A DNA stretch of 64,000 nucleotides from an uncultured Alphaproteobacteria bacterium (lineage in GTDB: Bacteria; Pseudomonadota; Alphaproteobacteria; Rhizobiales; Rhizobiaceae): the NCBI GenBank assembly GCA_963846345.1, contig CAWJVP010000004.1:311848-375847 (forward strand), given 5' to 3'. Shown here in pieces: positions 27,489 through 40,745 of this stretch. Made by a program: the position numbers and the translations under genes. Below the pieces are notes generated by a model. It ran no database searches. It was not told the DNA's origin and worked only from the letters and a program-made list of their open reading frames with translations. Numbering within the stretch: the first letter of the stretch is position 1; each line of letters starts with the position of its first letter.

Positions 27489-27513
27489 AAACGGGACCGA
27501 TGCGGTCCCGTTT
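27489..27513 (-). terminator. Hairpin downstream of the DUF2852 gene
   Basis: AAACGGGACC (27489..27498) / GGTCCCGTTT (27504..27513). On the minus strand it is followed by a U-containing tract (TCCCGTTT). Confidence 0.45.
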
Positions 27514-27541
27514 CCATATTCACCGGCCATTGAGGCGCTTT

Positions 27542-27952
27542 TCAGGCGCCTTGCGGGCCTTCGTTGCGGTTGCGGCGGGACATGAAGGAATTGAATTCCT
27601 CCTGGTCCTTGGCGCGGCGCAATTCACGCGAATATTCGTCGAACTCTGCGTAGAGATCGTCGAGCTTGCGGCGCTCCTCGTCGAGGCGCTTCAGTTCTGC
27701 CTCGCGCCAGTCGTCGAATGCGACGTTGCCGGTGCGGGCCGCGGAACCGCCATGGCGGCCCCACTGGAAATTGCCTGCGGCAAAGCGGTCGGTGGCGCGA
27801 TTGACATTGGTCTTGAAGACTTCAAGCCGGTCGCCCCAAAGAACGTATGCAAGCATGGCAAGGCCAAGCGGCCAGAACACCATGAAGCCGATAACCATCA
27901 AGGCGATGGTTGCTGGCGTCCATGCCGGGCGGATCAATGCTGTCTTTGTCAT
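27542..27952 (-). CDS. Small membrane-anchored coiled-coil protein, DUF2852-like
   Basis: Within ORF 27542..28210; probable start ATG at 27952. TM segment WTPATIALMVIGFMVFWPLGLAMLAYVLW, then the charged helix AFDDWREAELKRLDEERRKLDDLYAEFDEYSRELRRAKDQEEFNSFM. Confidence 0.6.
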   Translation of the reverse strand: MTKTALIRPAWTPATIALMVIGFMVFWPLGLAMLAYVLWGDRLEVFKTNVNRATDRFAAGNFQWGRHGGSAARTGNVAFDDWREAELKRLDEERRKLDDLYAEFDEYSRELRRAKDQEEFNSFMSRRNRNEGPQGA

Positions 27953-28157
27953 CTGCAAAATACCCCTTGCTGACCGAAGGCCGATTGCCTTCCGGTCCCA
28001 AGTGGTAACTGCATTCCGGCGATTCAAGAAAAACCGGATTCTTCGGCGGCAAAATACGGGTGGCGCAGCCTTGCGCGGCAGAAGAACACCGCCCGTCCGC
28101 TGCGCGGACACTCTCCCCCCTGACAGGTGAGGGAAAAGCCAAGCGCCGAGGCCAGCC

Positions 28158-29429
28158 CTACTTGGCAGCTGCCGCGCTCTTTGGCCGCTTCGCATTGCGC
28201 TTGCGGTCATGTGTGATCATGAAATCGACGATGCGCGGCGCGATCTCGGCACGGAAGCGCGAACCGTTGAAGACGCCGTAATGGCCGACATCGGGTTGCA
28301 TGTAGTGCACCCGCTTGTCGTCCGGCAGGCTCGAAGCCAGCTTGTGCGCCGCTTTCGTCTGCTGCAGGCCGGAAATGTCGTCATTCTCGCCCTCGACCGT
28401 CATCAGCGCCGTGTTGACGATTTTCGAGCAGTCGACCCGTTCGGCACGGTGCAGCATCTCGCCCTTCGGCAAGGCATGCGTGATGAAGACGGTATTGACC
28501 GTCTGCAGGTAGAAGGCGGCGTCGAGGTCCATGACGGCCATGTATTCGTCGTAGAAATCGCGGTGCTTCTCGGCCGAATCGCCGTCACCCTTGACCAGGT
28601 GTGCGAAGAATTCCTGATGCGCGACGATGTGGCGGTCGAGATTCATCGACATGAAGCCGGAAAGCTGCAGGAAGCCGGGATAGACCTGCCGCATGAAGCC
28701 GGGATGCGGGAACGGCACCGGCATCACGACATTGTCGCGGAACCAGTTGATGCCCTTCGATTCGGCAAGCTTGTTGACGGCGGTCGGGTTCTCGCGCGTG
28801 TCGATGGGGCCCCCCATCAGCGTCATCGAAGCCGGCGCGAATGGATCCTTGCGGCCTTCCATCACCGCAACGGCCGCCAGGACCGGCACGGAGGGCTGGC
28901 AAACCGCCATCACATGCGTGTTTTCGCCAAGGAAATGCAGCATGTCGATGACGTAGTCGATGTAGTCGTCGAGATCGAAGGTTCCCGCGGCCAGCGGCAC
29001 CATTCGCGCGTCGATCCAGTCGGTGATGTACACATCGGCGTACTGGCTCATCGTCTGCACGGTGCCGCGCAGCAGCGTTGCATAATGGCCCGACATGGGC
29101 GCGACGATCAGGAGCCTTGGCTGGGTTTCCGCATTGGCGGGCAGCTTGCGCGAAAAATGCAGCAGGTTGCAGAACGGCCTTTGCCAGACGGTCTCCTGCT
29201 CCACCGCGACCGGCATGCCCTTGTAGGCAGTCTTGACAATGTCGAACCCGGGCTTGCCGTAGCGGCGCGTCGTGCGCTCGAAAAGCTCGGCGGAGGCAGC
29301 CATTTGCTTGCCGAAATGGGTGTGGCTTGCCGGATTGATCGGGTTCGAGAAAAACAGCCGGGTTACGTCCGCAGCGGCGCGCCAGGGAGCGAGCGCGGCA
29401 TGCGACATTTCATAGAGCTTGTAATACAT
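28158..29429 (-). CDS. phaZ: Intracellular polyhydroxyalkanoate (PHB) depolymerase
   Basis: Single intact 423-aa ORF. The N-terminus MYYKLYEMSHAALAPWRAAADVTRLFF and the length are typical of alphaproteobacterial PhaZ. Confidence 0.8.
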   Translation of the reverse strand: MYYKLYEMSHAALAPWRAAADVTRLFFSNPINPASHTHFGKQMAASAELFERTTRRYGKPGFDIVKTAYKGMPVAVEQETVWQRPFCNLLHFSRKLPANAETQPRLLIVAPMSGHYATLLRGTVQTMSQYADVYITDWIDARMVPLAAGTFDLDDYIDYVIDMLHFLGENTHVMAVCQPSVPVLAAVAVMEGRKDPFAPASMTLMGGPIDTRENPTAVNKLAESKGINWFRDNVVMPVPFPHPGFMRQVYPGFLQLSGFMSMNLDRHIVAHQEFFAHLVKGDGDSAEKHRDFYDEYMAVMDLDAAFYLQTVNTVFITHALPKGEMLHRAERVDCSKIVNTALMTVEGENDDISGLQQTKAAHKLASSLPDDKRVHYMQPDVGHYGVFNGSRFRAEIAPRIVDFMITHDRKRNAKRPKSAAAAK

Positions 29430-29516
29430 CGTCCAATCCCGTCCTGACTTGGCCTTTCAGGCTCTCTTGCGCCGGCATTGCGCCAGTAAACGCTGTCCGG
29501 CTAACCGTTCATGTTA

Positions 29517-29531
29517 TTGTGCGCTGCACAA
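29517..29531. promoter_or_regulatory. Palindrome TTGTGC-GCT-GCACAA upstream of phaZ (PhaR-type TGC-N3-GCA operator candidate)
   Basis: Perfect 6-bp arms around a 3-nt centre, about 90 nt upstream of the phaZ start, in the phaZ/thioesterase divergent region. Confidence 0.3.
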
Positions 29532-29656
29532 GTTTGGCAAGACCAGACTTTTGGTGAATACATTGTCTGATTCGCAGCAAATGAAATCAAAAAAGCTGGC
29601 CAGAGAGCCGGTCGCGTCCGGAAACAGGCGGGAATGCCATTGAAAGGGAAGCGAAA

Positions 29657-30113
29657 ATGAATGCGCCGCAACCCAAGGACCCCGAATTCGAGGCGAGGGT
29701 CAAGGCCAGCTTCGGCCGGCAGGGGCTGATGGAGACCCTGGGCGCAACGCTGGGCGATATTGCACCCGGGGCTGTGGAAATCATGCTGACGCCGGGAAAC
29801 GCGGTCAGCCAGCAGCATGGTTTCGTGCACGCAGGCGCGGTCGCGGCAATCGCCGACTTCGGCAGCCGGCTACGCCGCGCTATCGCTGATGCCACCGGGA
29901 ACGGGCGTGCTGACCACCGAATTCAAGATCAATCTCGTGGCGCCCGCGACGGGCGATGCCATCATCGCGCGCGGCCGCGTGGTGAAGGGGGGCCGGACCT
30001 TGACGCTTGCAATGGCACAGGTGTTTTCCCGGACCGCAGAGGGAGAGAAGCTTGTCGCCCTCCTGACCTCGACGCTGATGTCCATCGAGGGCCGCGAGGG
30101 CGTGTCGGACTAG
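29657..30113 (+). pseudogene. PaaI-family hotdog-fold thioesterase; one frame slip at about 29865
   Basis: QQHGFVHAGAVAAIAD (29657..30241), then [31 protein letters not shown]...[12 protein letters not shown] (29817..30113). Confidence 0.75.
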
Positions 30114-30809
30114 CCGTGCGACAGCGGCAATCTCCGCGACGATCGCCCTTGCTGCGGCCGCCGGATCGGCAGCACCGGTTACCGGCCTGCCGACGACAAT
30201 GTGGGTTGAGCCGGCGGAGATCGCCTCGCCCGGTGTCATGACCCGCTTCTGGTCGCCATGTTCGGCGCCCGACGGACGAATGCCCGGCGTCACCAGCGCC
30301 AGTGTCCCGCCGGTTGCCGCCTTAACCGCGGCGACCTCGTGGGCCGAGCAGACGATGCCGCCCATGCCGGCCTCTTTTGCCTGGACGGCCCTTCGCAACA
30401 CCAGATCGCGGGCGCCCACGGCATAGCCCGCGTCGGCGAGGTCGCGGTCGTCCATCGAGGTCAGAACGGTGACGCCCAGCAGGCACAGCGGCGTTCCGGC
30501 CGCGGCCTTGACGGCAGCGGCCATTGCCTTGGGATAGGCATGGATGGTCAACATGTCGGCGCCGAGCGCAAGCACGCTTTCAACGCCTTTTTCCACCGTG
30601 TTGTCGATGTCGAGGAGCTTGAGGTCGAGAAACACCTTGCACCCCTGCCCCTTGAGTTCGCGCACGAAATCGAGGCCGCCGGCAAAGGCGAGCTGGTGCC
30701 CGATCTTGTAGAACGACGCGTCGTCGCCGATCGTCTCGACAAGGCGGCGCGCCTGGGCAACCGACGAGACGTCGAGCGCGACGATGAGGCGGTCGCGGGG
30801 GGAGGTCAC
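30110..30809 (-). CDS. pyrF: Orotidine 5'-phosphate decarboxylase. The ORF as sequenced runs on to 29880; the homologous part ends near 30110.
   Basis: [49 protein letters not shown] and [26 protein letters not shown] in ORF 29880..30809. The GTG start overlaps the stop of the upstream gene (GTGA). Confidence 0.85.
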
Positions 30810-31393
30810 CGGCGCACCGACAGAAGCGCCGTGGTCTCGACCATGGCCTTGCAGAAATTCTCGAGCTGGCGGCGATTGGCGGCGTCGGCGAGCTCGCCTT
30901 CTTCGTCGAACGCCTTTTCAGCCAGTGTGATGCTCACCTGCTCGGGAATGACGAAGGCGCCGCAATTGCCGAGCGTCGCGCGCAGGTGGAACAGGCCCCT
31001 GATGCCGCCGAACTTGCCGGGGGAGGCAGAGGCAAGGCCGAACACCTTCTTGCGGTAGGGCGTCAGCGGACCTTCGCCATCGGCGGATACGCGGCTCACC
31101 CAGTCGACCGTGTTCTTTGTGAGCGGGGTGACCGACGTATTGTATTCCGGGCTGACCACGATCACGCCGTCATGCTCGTGAAACAGGCGCGCCAGCTTCA
31201 ACGCTGCTTGCGGCGGCCCGTCGCGGCTTTCGAGGTCCTGGTCGAAGATCGGCATGGGGTAATCGCGCAGCGTGATGAGAGAGGGTTCGCTATCCAGCGC
31301 CGACAGCGCCCTTGTCAGCGTCCCGGCCAGTTTCGCATTCCACGACCCCGCGCGGTTGGAGCCTGGAAACACCAGGATCTTGGGTGCCGTCAT
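30806..31393 (-). CDS. NAD(P)H-dependent FMN reductase family oxidoreductase
   Basis: Within ORF 30806..31528; start ATG at 31393. [20 protein letters not shown] and [18 protein letters not shown]. Confidence 0.8.
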   Translation of the reverse strand: MTAPKILVFPGSNRAGSWNAKLAGTLTRALSALDSEPSLITLRDYPMPIFDQDLESRDGPPQAALKLARLFHEHDGVIVVSPEYNTSVTPLTKNTVDWVSRVSADGEGPLTPYRKKVFGLASASPGKFGGIRGLFHLRATLGNCGAFVIPEQVSITLAEKAFDEEGELADAANRRQLENFCKAMVETTALLSVRR

Positions 31394-31421
31394 GTCTTTC
31401 CCCCCTGCCCCCTGGCCGGCT

Positions 31422-32561
31422 TCAGTCCGCCAGTCCGTCAAGGAAATTGCGCATCCTGGAAAAGAACCCGGTCGATTCGGGATTGTTCTGGTCGGACGAA
31501 TGACTGGCGAATTCCTCCAGCAATTCACGCTGGCGGCGCGTCAGGTTGTGCGGCGTTTCGACGGCGACCTGGATGTAGAGATCGCCCATGTTGGACGTGC
31601 GCATGACCGGCATGCCCTTGCCCTTGAGACGGAACTGTCGGCCGGTCTGCGTGCCTTCCGGAACCTTGACCTGCGACCTTGGTGCCGTCGAAGCGTCGTC
31701 ACCTCGAACTGGCCGCCAAGCGCGGCGGTGGTCATCGAGATCGGCACGCGGCAGATAGAGGTCGGCGCCGTCGCGCTGGAAGAATTCATGCGGCTTGACC
31801 GACAGGAAGATGTAGAGGTCGCCCGACGGACCGCCGCGCGCGCCTGCCTCGCCTTCGCCGGCAAGGCGAATGCGCACGCCGTCCTCGATGCCGGCCGGAA
31901 TGTTGACCGAAAGCGAGCGTTCGTCGCGTGACGCGGCCCTGTCCGCCGCATTTGCCGCAGGGGTCGGATATGACCTCGCCGCGGCCCTGGCAGGTGCGGG
32001 CAGGTGCGCTCGATCGAGAAGAAGCCGGACGCGGCCCGCACGCGGCCCGAACCCGAGCAGGTGGAGCATGGCTTGGGCGAGGAGCCCGGCTTTGCACCGC
32101 TGCCGGAGCAGGCCTCGCAGGAGATCGCGGTCGGAACCGAGATCTCCGCGTGTCTTGCCGCCATAGGCTTCCTCGAGCGTGATCTCCATGTTGTAGCGAA
32201 GGTCGGCGCCGCGTTCGCGGCGCCGAGCCGCGGCGGCCGCGCGCCGCCCATCATCTCGCCGAAAATGTCCTCGAAAATGTCGGAGAAGCCGCCGCCGGCG
32301 AAACCGCCGAACCCTGCGCCGCCGCCATTGCCGCCGCTCGAAGGCGGCATGGCCGAACTGGTCGTACGCCGCACGCTTCTGCGGGTCCTTCAGGACCTCA
32401 TAGGCCTCGTTGATTTCCTTGAAACGCTGCTCGGCTGCCTTGTCGTCTGGATGGCGGTCGGGATGGCACTCCATCGCCCGCTTGCGAAAGGCGGTCTTGA
32501 GTTCCTTCTCGTCGCAGCCTTTCGATATCCCAAGGAGCGAATAATAATCAGCCTTGGCCAT
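31422..32561 (-). pseudogene. dnaJ: Molecular chaperone DnaJ. The ORF stays open but the middle is out of frame (compensating indels).
   Basis: J domain DYYSLLGISKGCDEKELKTAFRKRAMECHPDRHPDD. The CxxCxGxG zinc-finger repeats are only readable in another frame (31541..32374: [25 protein letters not shown]). The C-terminus [21 protein letters not shown] is back in frame. Confidence 0.9.
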
Positions 32562-32650
32562 AGGATCCCTTGAACCCGGTCGTTCCGCCCTTTGCGTCGT
32601 TGTATTTCACGACCACGGAAACAATAATCAACAATCCCAACAACAGGAAA

Positions 32651-32673
32651 GGCCGGCGATTGTGTCGCCGGCC
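32651..32673 (-). terminator. Hairpin between dnaK and dnaJ (attenuator/terminator candidate)
   Basis: GGCCGGCGA (32651..32659) / TCGCCGGCC (32665..32673), 5-nt loop. On the minus strand it is followed by TTTCCTGTTGTT. Confidence 0.45.
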
Positions 32674-32689
32674 CTGTCCACCAACAATA

Positions 32690-34620
<1,931 letters not shown>

Positions 34621-34727
34621 GCAAATGCTCCTTTCAGCGAGCGGCCCGGACCCGGTACAGGCATTCCGATTGGCCGATCCTATTGGAAAATCGAACTGCC
34701 GCGAGCGTCACGGCCGTGCTGCGCGCT

Positions 34728-34756
34728 ATATAAGGATGCCGCTCAAGGCCTGCAAG
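34728..34756 (-). promoter_or_regulatory. Candidate RpoH (sigma32)-type heat-shock promoter of dnaK
   Basis: The minus strand reads CTTGCA (34756..34751), a 15-nt spacer, then CCTTATAT (34735..34728), about 108 nt upstream of the dnaK ATG. Compare CTTGAA-N13-15-CCCCATNT and the alphaproteobacterial CYTATNT -10 element. Confidence 0.5.
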
Positions 34757-34779
34757 GACACCGACCGGCAAAGATCGAT

Positions 34780-36016
34780 TCAGGCGGGCGCGGCGTACCG
34801 AACCGCCGGGCGCAGGCTTTGAAATACGATCGCGGCCATGAAAAGCGCAATCAGCAGCGGGACGAGAGGCAGGTTGACCAGCCCGAGCAGCATGGTCAGG
34901 ACCGGCAGCAGGCAAGTCAGCATCAGCGCCATGACCGTGGCGGCGCCCGCCATGGCGTTGACGCCGGTTACGATCGCGCGGGAGAGCAGCGCCGCCGATA
35001 CCGCCGCAAGCGCCCCCATGTCGTAGGTGAAGGAATAGGGCGTCACCAGAAATGTCCCCGCGGCGAGGACGAAGGCCGCAACCGCCGGATCCCCATGCGC
35101 GCCCCGCAACCGCCAGATCAGCCACAGCACGGCCGGCAGGCAGGCGAGGCTGAATGCCGTCTGGAAGGGTTGTGCGACCGAGGCCTCCACGCCCAACAGC
35201 CTCAGGCCCGACATGACGGTGGGCATCATGACCAGCATGACGCCTTTCCACGTGGCCATGACCTCGACCTGGTAAGGCATGATGACCTCAAGATAGGCAT
35301 GCCATGGCTCAAGTCCGAATGCCGTTACCGAAAGCGCGAGAAGCAGCAGCGTGAAAAACACGCCCCAGCCAATCGTCTGCCACTGCCGTTCGGCGATCAG
35401 AAGCACCGGAATGAGTATGCCGAGCTGCGGCTTGATCGTCAGGAGCGCAAGAAAAATTCCAGCGAGCGCCGGCCGCTCGCCTCGCGTGACGAGGAAACCG
35501 AGGATGAGCGCGCCGGTGAGATAGCCGTTCTGCGTCGCGGCAAGGTTCATCAGGATGAAGGGCAGCAGCGCCGCCAGCATGATGTGGACAGGCGCTTGCG
35601 GCACGAATTTCCTGCGGAACGCCAGGGCAGCAGAGGACATAGGCGGCGAGCGTCACGGCAAGGAAGGCCGCCATCGCCGCCTTGTATCCCGTCAGGCCCA
35701 AGGGCCAAAGCAAAAGCAGTGCATGCGGCGGGTAGGACCAGTTGTGCGGGGGATAGTCCGGGCCGAACATTTCTTCCAGCCGCGCCTCGTAGGCCACCGG
35801 ATCGAACAGCACATCGACCTCGCCGCCAAGCGCGAGCAGCGGACCCATCCAGTAATTGACGAAGTCGGAATCGGCGATATATCGGCCAATGCCGGGCGCG
35901 TGGAAGTCGCCGGCGAGGGCGGCAAGGCGCACTCCAAGCACCGGAATCGCAGCGACAAGGGCGACAAGCGCAATCGTCAGGGCTATCTTGAGGTTTCGCG
36001 CACCTTCGCCTTGCAC
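34780..36016 (-). pseudogene. Polytopic membrane glycosyltransferase, GT87/DUF2029-like (GT-C fold); one frame break at about 35.6 kb
   Basis: N-terminal part 35309..36016 (SDFVNYWMGPLLALGG in the first loop, PHNWSYPPHALLLLWPLGLTGYKAA). The C-terminal part 34780..35640 is made of consecutive hydrophobic helices. The family call is tentative. Confidence 0.55.
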
Positions 36017-36086
36017 TGCTATGGTTCCCGAAATCGCTAAGGGTCACCAGACTGTGCCCCGACTGTTGCAAAGAATGCGTTAACCA

Positions 36087-36721
36087 ATGCTGGTCCTGCC
36101 GAACGGCGTGCATTTCATTCCAGGATATCTCGACCGCCCCGCGCAGGAGGCATTGCTGGCTGACGTGCGTTCGGTCGTGGAACAGGCGCCGCTCTACACT
36201 CCGCAGATGCCGCGCACCGGCAAGCCGATGAGCGTGCGCATGACCAATTGCGGACCGCTCGGCTGGGTGACCGACAAGGAGCGCGGCTACCGCTACCAGC
36301 CCATCCATCCCGTCACCGGCGAGCCATGGCCGCCAATGCCGGCAAGCCTTGTGCGCATCTGGGAGGAACTCGCGTCATGGCCGCAGCCGGCCGGAGGCAT
36401 GCCTCGTCAATTTCTATGACGAGAAGGCGAAGATGGGCCTGCACCAGGACCGCGACGAGGAAGACCTCGACGCGCCGGTGGTGTCGATCTCGCTGGGCGA
36501 TACCTGCCTTTTCCGCGTCGGCGAGCGAACGCGGGACGGCCGCACCACTTCCTTCAAGCTGCAGAGCGGCGATGCCGTCATTCTCGCCGGGCGAGGGACG
36601 CCTCGCCTTCCACGGCGTCGACCGCATCTATCCCGACACCTCCAGCCTGCTGAGAAAGGGCGGCCGCATCAATCTCACCCTGCGGCGCGTTACAAGATCC
36701 CCCGAGTTAAAGGGGCCTTAA
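36087..36721 (+). pseudogene. alkB: Alpha-ketoglutarate-dependent dioxygenase AlkB; two frame breaks as sequenced
   Basis: MLVLPNGVHFIPGYLDRPAQEALL (36087..36419). CLVNFYDEKAKMGLHQDRDEEDLDAPVVSISLGD (36349..36798). RLAFHGVDRIYPDTSSLLRKGGRINLTLRRV (36248..36721). Confidence 0.8.
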
Positions 36722-36765
36722 GGCATCGTCCTGCATACTGCGGCGCAACAGATGTGGGACTGTTC

Positions 36766-37833
36766 ATGCACAATGCGGCATCGCAGAAGTTTCGATAGGC
36801 GGGCTCGTCAGACAGGACCAGCTTCCCTACGCGTTCATCGTTGCCTATGCGGCCTGCGCGGTTTCCATCGGACTCAATACCGGTCAGCCGGTAGGCGAAC
36901 TCTTCGCCCTCTACATGACGCCGTGGTCGATCACTTTCGGCTTCCTGTTTCCAGTCCTTTACATCAGCGCTTCAAGCGTGCGCGAGAGATGGCGCGGCCG
37001 GATGAACCTCGAGCCGGCGGACCAGCAAAGTTTCCTGTCCAGCCTTGGCGCAGGCGTGTCGCTGGGGATCTTCATGGTCCTCTTCCAGGCGAGCTTCACC
37101 GTCATCAAGAATGCGCTTCCGGCCTATAATGGCGGTGGTTTTCCGCTGGATGGCCTGCACGCGGATATCGACCGCATGCTGCATGGCGGCATCGACCCCT
37201 GGCGGTTTTTCGAGCCGCTGATCGCTTCGGGACCGGTGTTGCAGGCAATGGAATTCAACTACGGCCTGTTGTGGTTCCTGTTCAATTACGGATTCCTGTT
37301 CCTCGTGCTGGTTTCGCCAAGCCTGGCGCATCTGCGCAGGCGGTACTTCTATGCCTTCGCGCTGACATGGATCCTTGTCGGCAATGTCTTTGCGGGCCTG
37401 TTCCTGTCCGCCGGGCCGGCCTTCTACGGCGCCGTCACCGGCGACGCGCACCGCTTTGCTGACCTCGTTGCACTGCTCGGGGACCCACATGGAAGGCTCG
37501 CACTCGGCGGCGACTTACCAGAATTACCTCTGGACCATGCATGTCTCGGGCAATAGCGGGCTCGGCTCGGGCATATCCGCGTTTCCAAGCGTTCATGTCG
37601 CCCTGACCGTGATCAACATGCTGTTCGCCTTCGAAATCCGGCGTTCGCTTGGAATTGCGATGGCGGTTTATGCCGCGATCATATTTGCCAGTTCCGTGGC
37701 GCTTGGCTGGCACTACGCCATCGACGGCTACGCCTCCGTCGCCATCTGCGCCATGCTCTACTGGGCGCTGCGCAAGGTTCCCGCGCTGGACCGGGAAGCC
37801 ACGAAACAGCCGGTCCCGGCAGCCGCTTCCTAG
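36766..37833 (+). pseudogene. PAP2-superfamily integral membrane protein (PAP2_3 / inositolphosphotransferase-like); frame breaks at about 36.79 and 37.5 kb
   Basis: ORFs 36915..37556 and 37375..37833. PAP2 C2/C3-like motifs SAFPSVHVALTVINML and LGWHYAIDGYASV. Multiple TM helices. An upstream in-frame TM segment (YAFIVAYAACAVSIGL) implies an earlier start. Confidence 0.55.
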
Positions 37834-38848
37834 AGCCTTCGCAGCGCGACCTTCTCGACGAGGTGATCGCCGCCCTTGCGCAGGATGAGGTCGGCGCGCG
37901 GGCGCGTCGGCAGGATGTTCTCGCGCAGGTTCTCCAGGTTGATGTTGTCCCAGAGGCCCTCGGCAATCGTCCAGCGCCGCGTCTTCGGTCAGCTCCGAAT
38001 AGCGGTGGAAGAAGGAGCTGCGGATCGCGGAAGGCGGTCTGCGCGCAGCCGCATGAAGCGCGCGACATACCAGTTGTGGATCAGCTTCTCGTCGGCGTCG
38101 ATGTAGATCGAGAAGTCGAAGAAGTCCGAGACGAACGGCATCGCCTTGCCGTCCTTCGGCAATTCGCGCGACTGCAGCACGTTGATGCCCTCGAAGATCA
38201 GGATGTCCGGCCGGTCGATCGTGACGAACTCGCCCGGCACCACGTCATAGATGAGGTGCGAATAGACCGGCGCCTGCACTTCGCGCTCGCCGGCCTTGAT
38301 CGCCGAGAGGAAGCGCAGCAGCGCGCCGACGTCGTAGCTTTCGGGAAAGCCCTTGCGCTCCATCAGGTTGCGCTCGCGCAGCACCTCGTTGGGCAACAGG
38401 AAGCCGTCGGTGGTGACGAGATCGACCTTCGGGCTCGACGGCCAGCGCGCAGCAGTTCCTGCAGGATGCGCGCCGTGGTCGACTTGCCGACCGCGACCGA
38501 TCCGGCAATGCCGATGATGAAGGGCGTCTTGCGCGTCGTCGAGCGTTGAGAAAGCGCTGCGCTGGCGAAACAGCACCTGGCTGGCCTCGACATGCGCCGA
38601 CAGCAGCCGCGACAGCGACAGGTAGATGCGCCGCACTTCGTCGAGATCGAATCGGGTCGTGGAGCGAGCGCAGCCGCTCGACATCGTCGTCAGTCAGCGT
38701 CAGCGGCGTGTCGGCGCGGAAATTCGGCCCATTCCGCGGCGCTGAAATACCGGTAGGGCGAAATGCGCGGCCGGCCGTTGGCTGGATCGACCGCCCAGAA
38801 ATCCTCGTCGCGCAGCTCGGTCAACTGGTGCATCCCGGCGGCCTCCAT
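37830..38848 (-). pseudogene. coaA: Type I pantothenate kinase; frame breaks as sequenced
   Basis: P-loop [23 protein letters not shown] (38363..38593). [65 protein letters not shown] (37989..38684). C-terminus [36 protein letters not shown] hand-read. N-terminus ISPYRYFSAAEWAEF in 38690..39040. Confidence 0.8.
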
Positions 38849-38849
38849 G

Positions 38850-39183
38850 CGGGCTACCGGCCGGCGGCGCGCGGCCGCCTTTTCCGCAAGGCCGATTGGG
38901 CCGTCCGGCGCTCTCAGTTCGTCCATGCACCGCCGACAAGCGGCACGCCGGCGATCTCGCAGCACGACCAGCAGATGATAGAGCAGGTCGGCGCTTCCTT
39001 CGTCAGTCTGCGCCGTCGCCGCTGACGCCGCGGCAATCACCGTCTCGACCGCCTCCTCGCCGAGTTTCTGCGGCGCACTTGGCCATGCCGCCGCGACAAG
39101 CTTCGCCGTCTAGGACGAGCCGTCCGCCGGCCGCTGCACGGTCGGCGACGATCGTTTCGAGATCTGTCAAGCGAAAATGCCAT
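38850..39183 (-). pseudogene. hisE: Phosphoribosyl-ATP diphosphatase; frame broken, and the 3' boundary with coaA is unresolved
   Basis: [13 protein letters not shown] (frame of 39003..39797) and DEGSADLLYHLLVVL (38690..39040). ATG at 39183, followed by a T-run slip. Confidence 0.65.
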
Positions 39184-39216
39184 GCGTCGATTCCTGCAGC
39201 GCGATCAGCGGCGGGT

Positions 39217-39992
<776 letters not shown>

Positions 39993-39996
<4 letters not shown>

Positions 39997-40745
39997 GCCA
40001 GGCGCGCTGTTCTGCGAGCAAGAGCGCCAGCGCTTCTGCCGGATCGATGCGCCCGTCATAGAGCGCGCGGCCGGAGATCGCGCCTTCGAGCATCCGCGCG
40101 TCCGGCACGGTCATGCGCACGATGTCGGCCATCGAGGCGAGCCCGCCCGAGGCGATGACCGGAATGGACGATCGGCATGCGGCGAGGTCGCCAGCGTCGC
40201 TTCCCAGTTGATGCCGGTCAGCACGCCGTCGCGGTCGATATCGGTGTAGATGATGGCGGCAACGCCGGCGTCCTCGAACTGCTGCGCCAGTTCGATCGAC
40301 GCCGAGCTCGGACGCTTCGGCCCAGCCTTCGACCGCGACCTTGCCGCCCTTGGCGTCGATGCCGACGGCGATCTTGCCGGGAAACAGCCGGCAGGCCTCG
40401 CTGCACCAGCTCCGGATCGCGCACCGCCACGGTGCCGAGGATGACGCGGGCCAGCCCCTTGCCGAGCCAGCCCTCGATCTGGCCAAGGCTGCGGATGCCG
40501 CCGCCGAGCTGCACCGGATTCTTGCGTCGCGCTTGAGGATCGCCTCGACCGCCGCGCCATTGACCGGCTGGCCGGCGAAGGCGCCGTTGAGGTCGACGAC
40601 ATGCAGCCACTCGAAACCCTGCTCCTCGAAGGCCATGCGCCTGCGCCGCCGGGTCGTCGTTGAAGACGGTCGCCTGCGCCATGTCGCCGAGCTTGAGGCG
40701 CACGCACTGGCCGTCCTTCAGGTCGATGGCGGGGAAGAGGATCAC
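39993..40745 (-). pseudogene. hisA: ProFAR isomerase (HisA); frame breaks as sequenced
   Basis: [35 protein letters not shown] (40218..40907), [24 protein letters not shown] (39167..40636), [20 protein letters not shown] (40111..40707). The GTG start overlaps the hisH TGA. Confidence 0.9.

Noticed and set aside
34621-34780. CIRCE (HrcA) element upstream of dnaK
   Set aside because: No TTAGCACTC-N9-GAGTGCTAA-like inverted repeat is present. Only the sigma32-like promoter was found.
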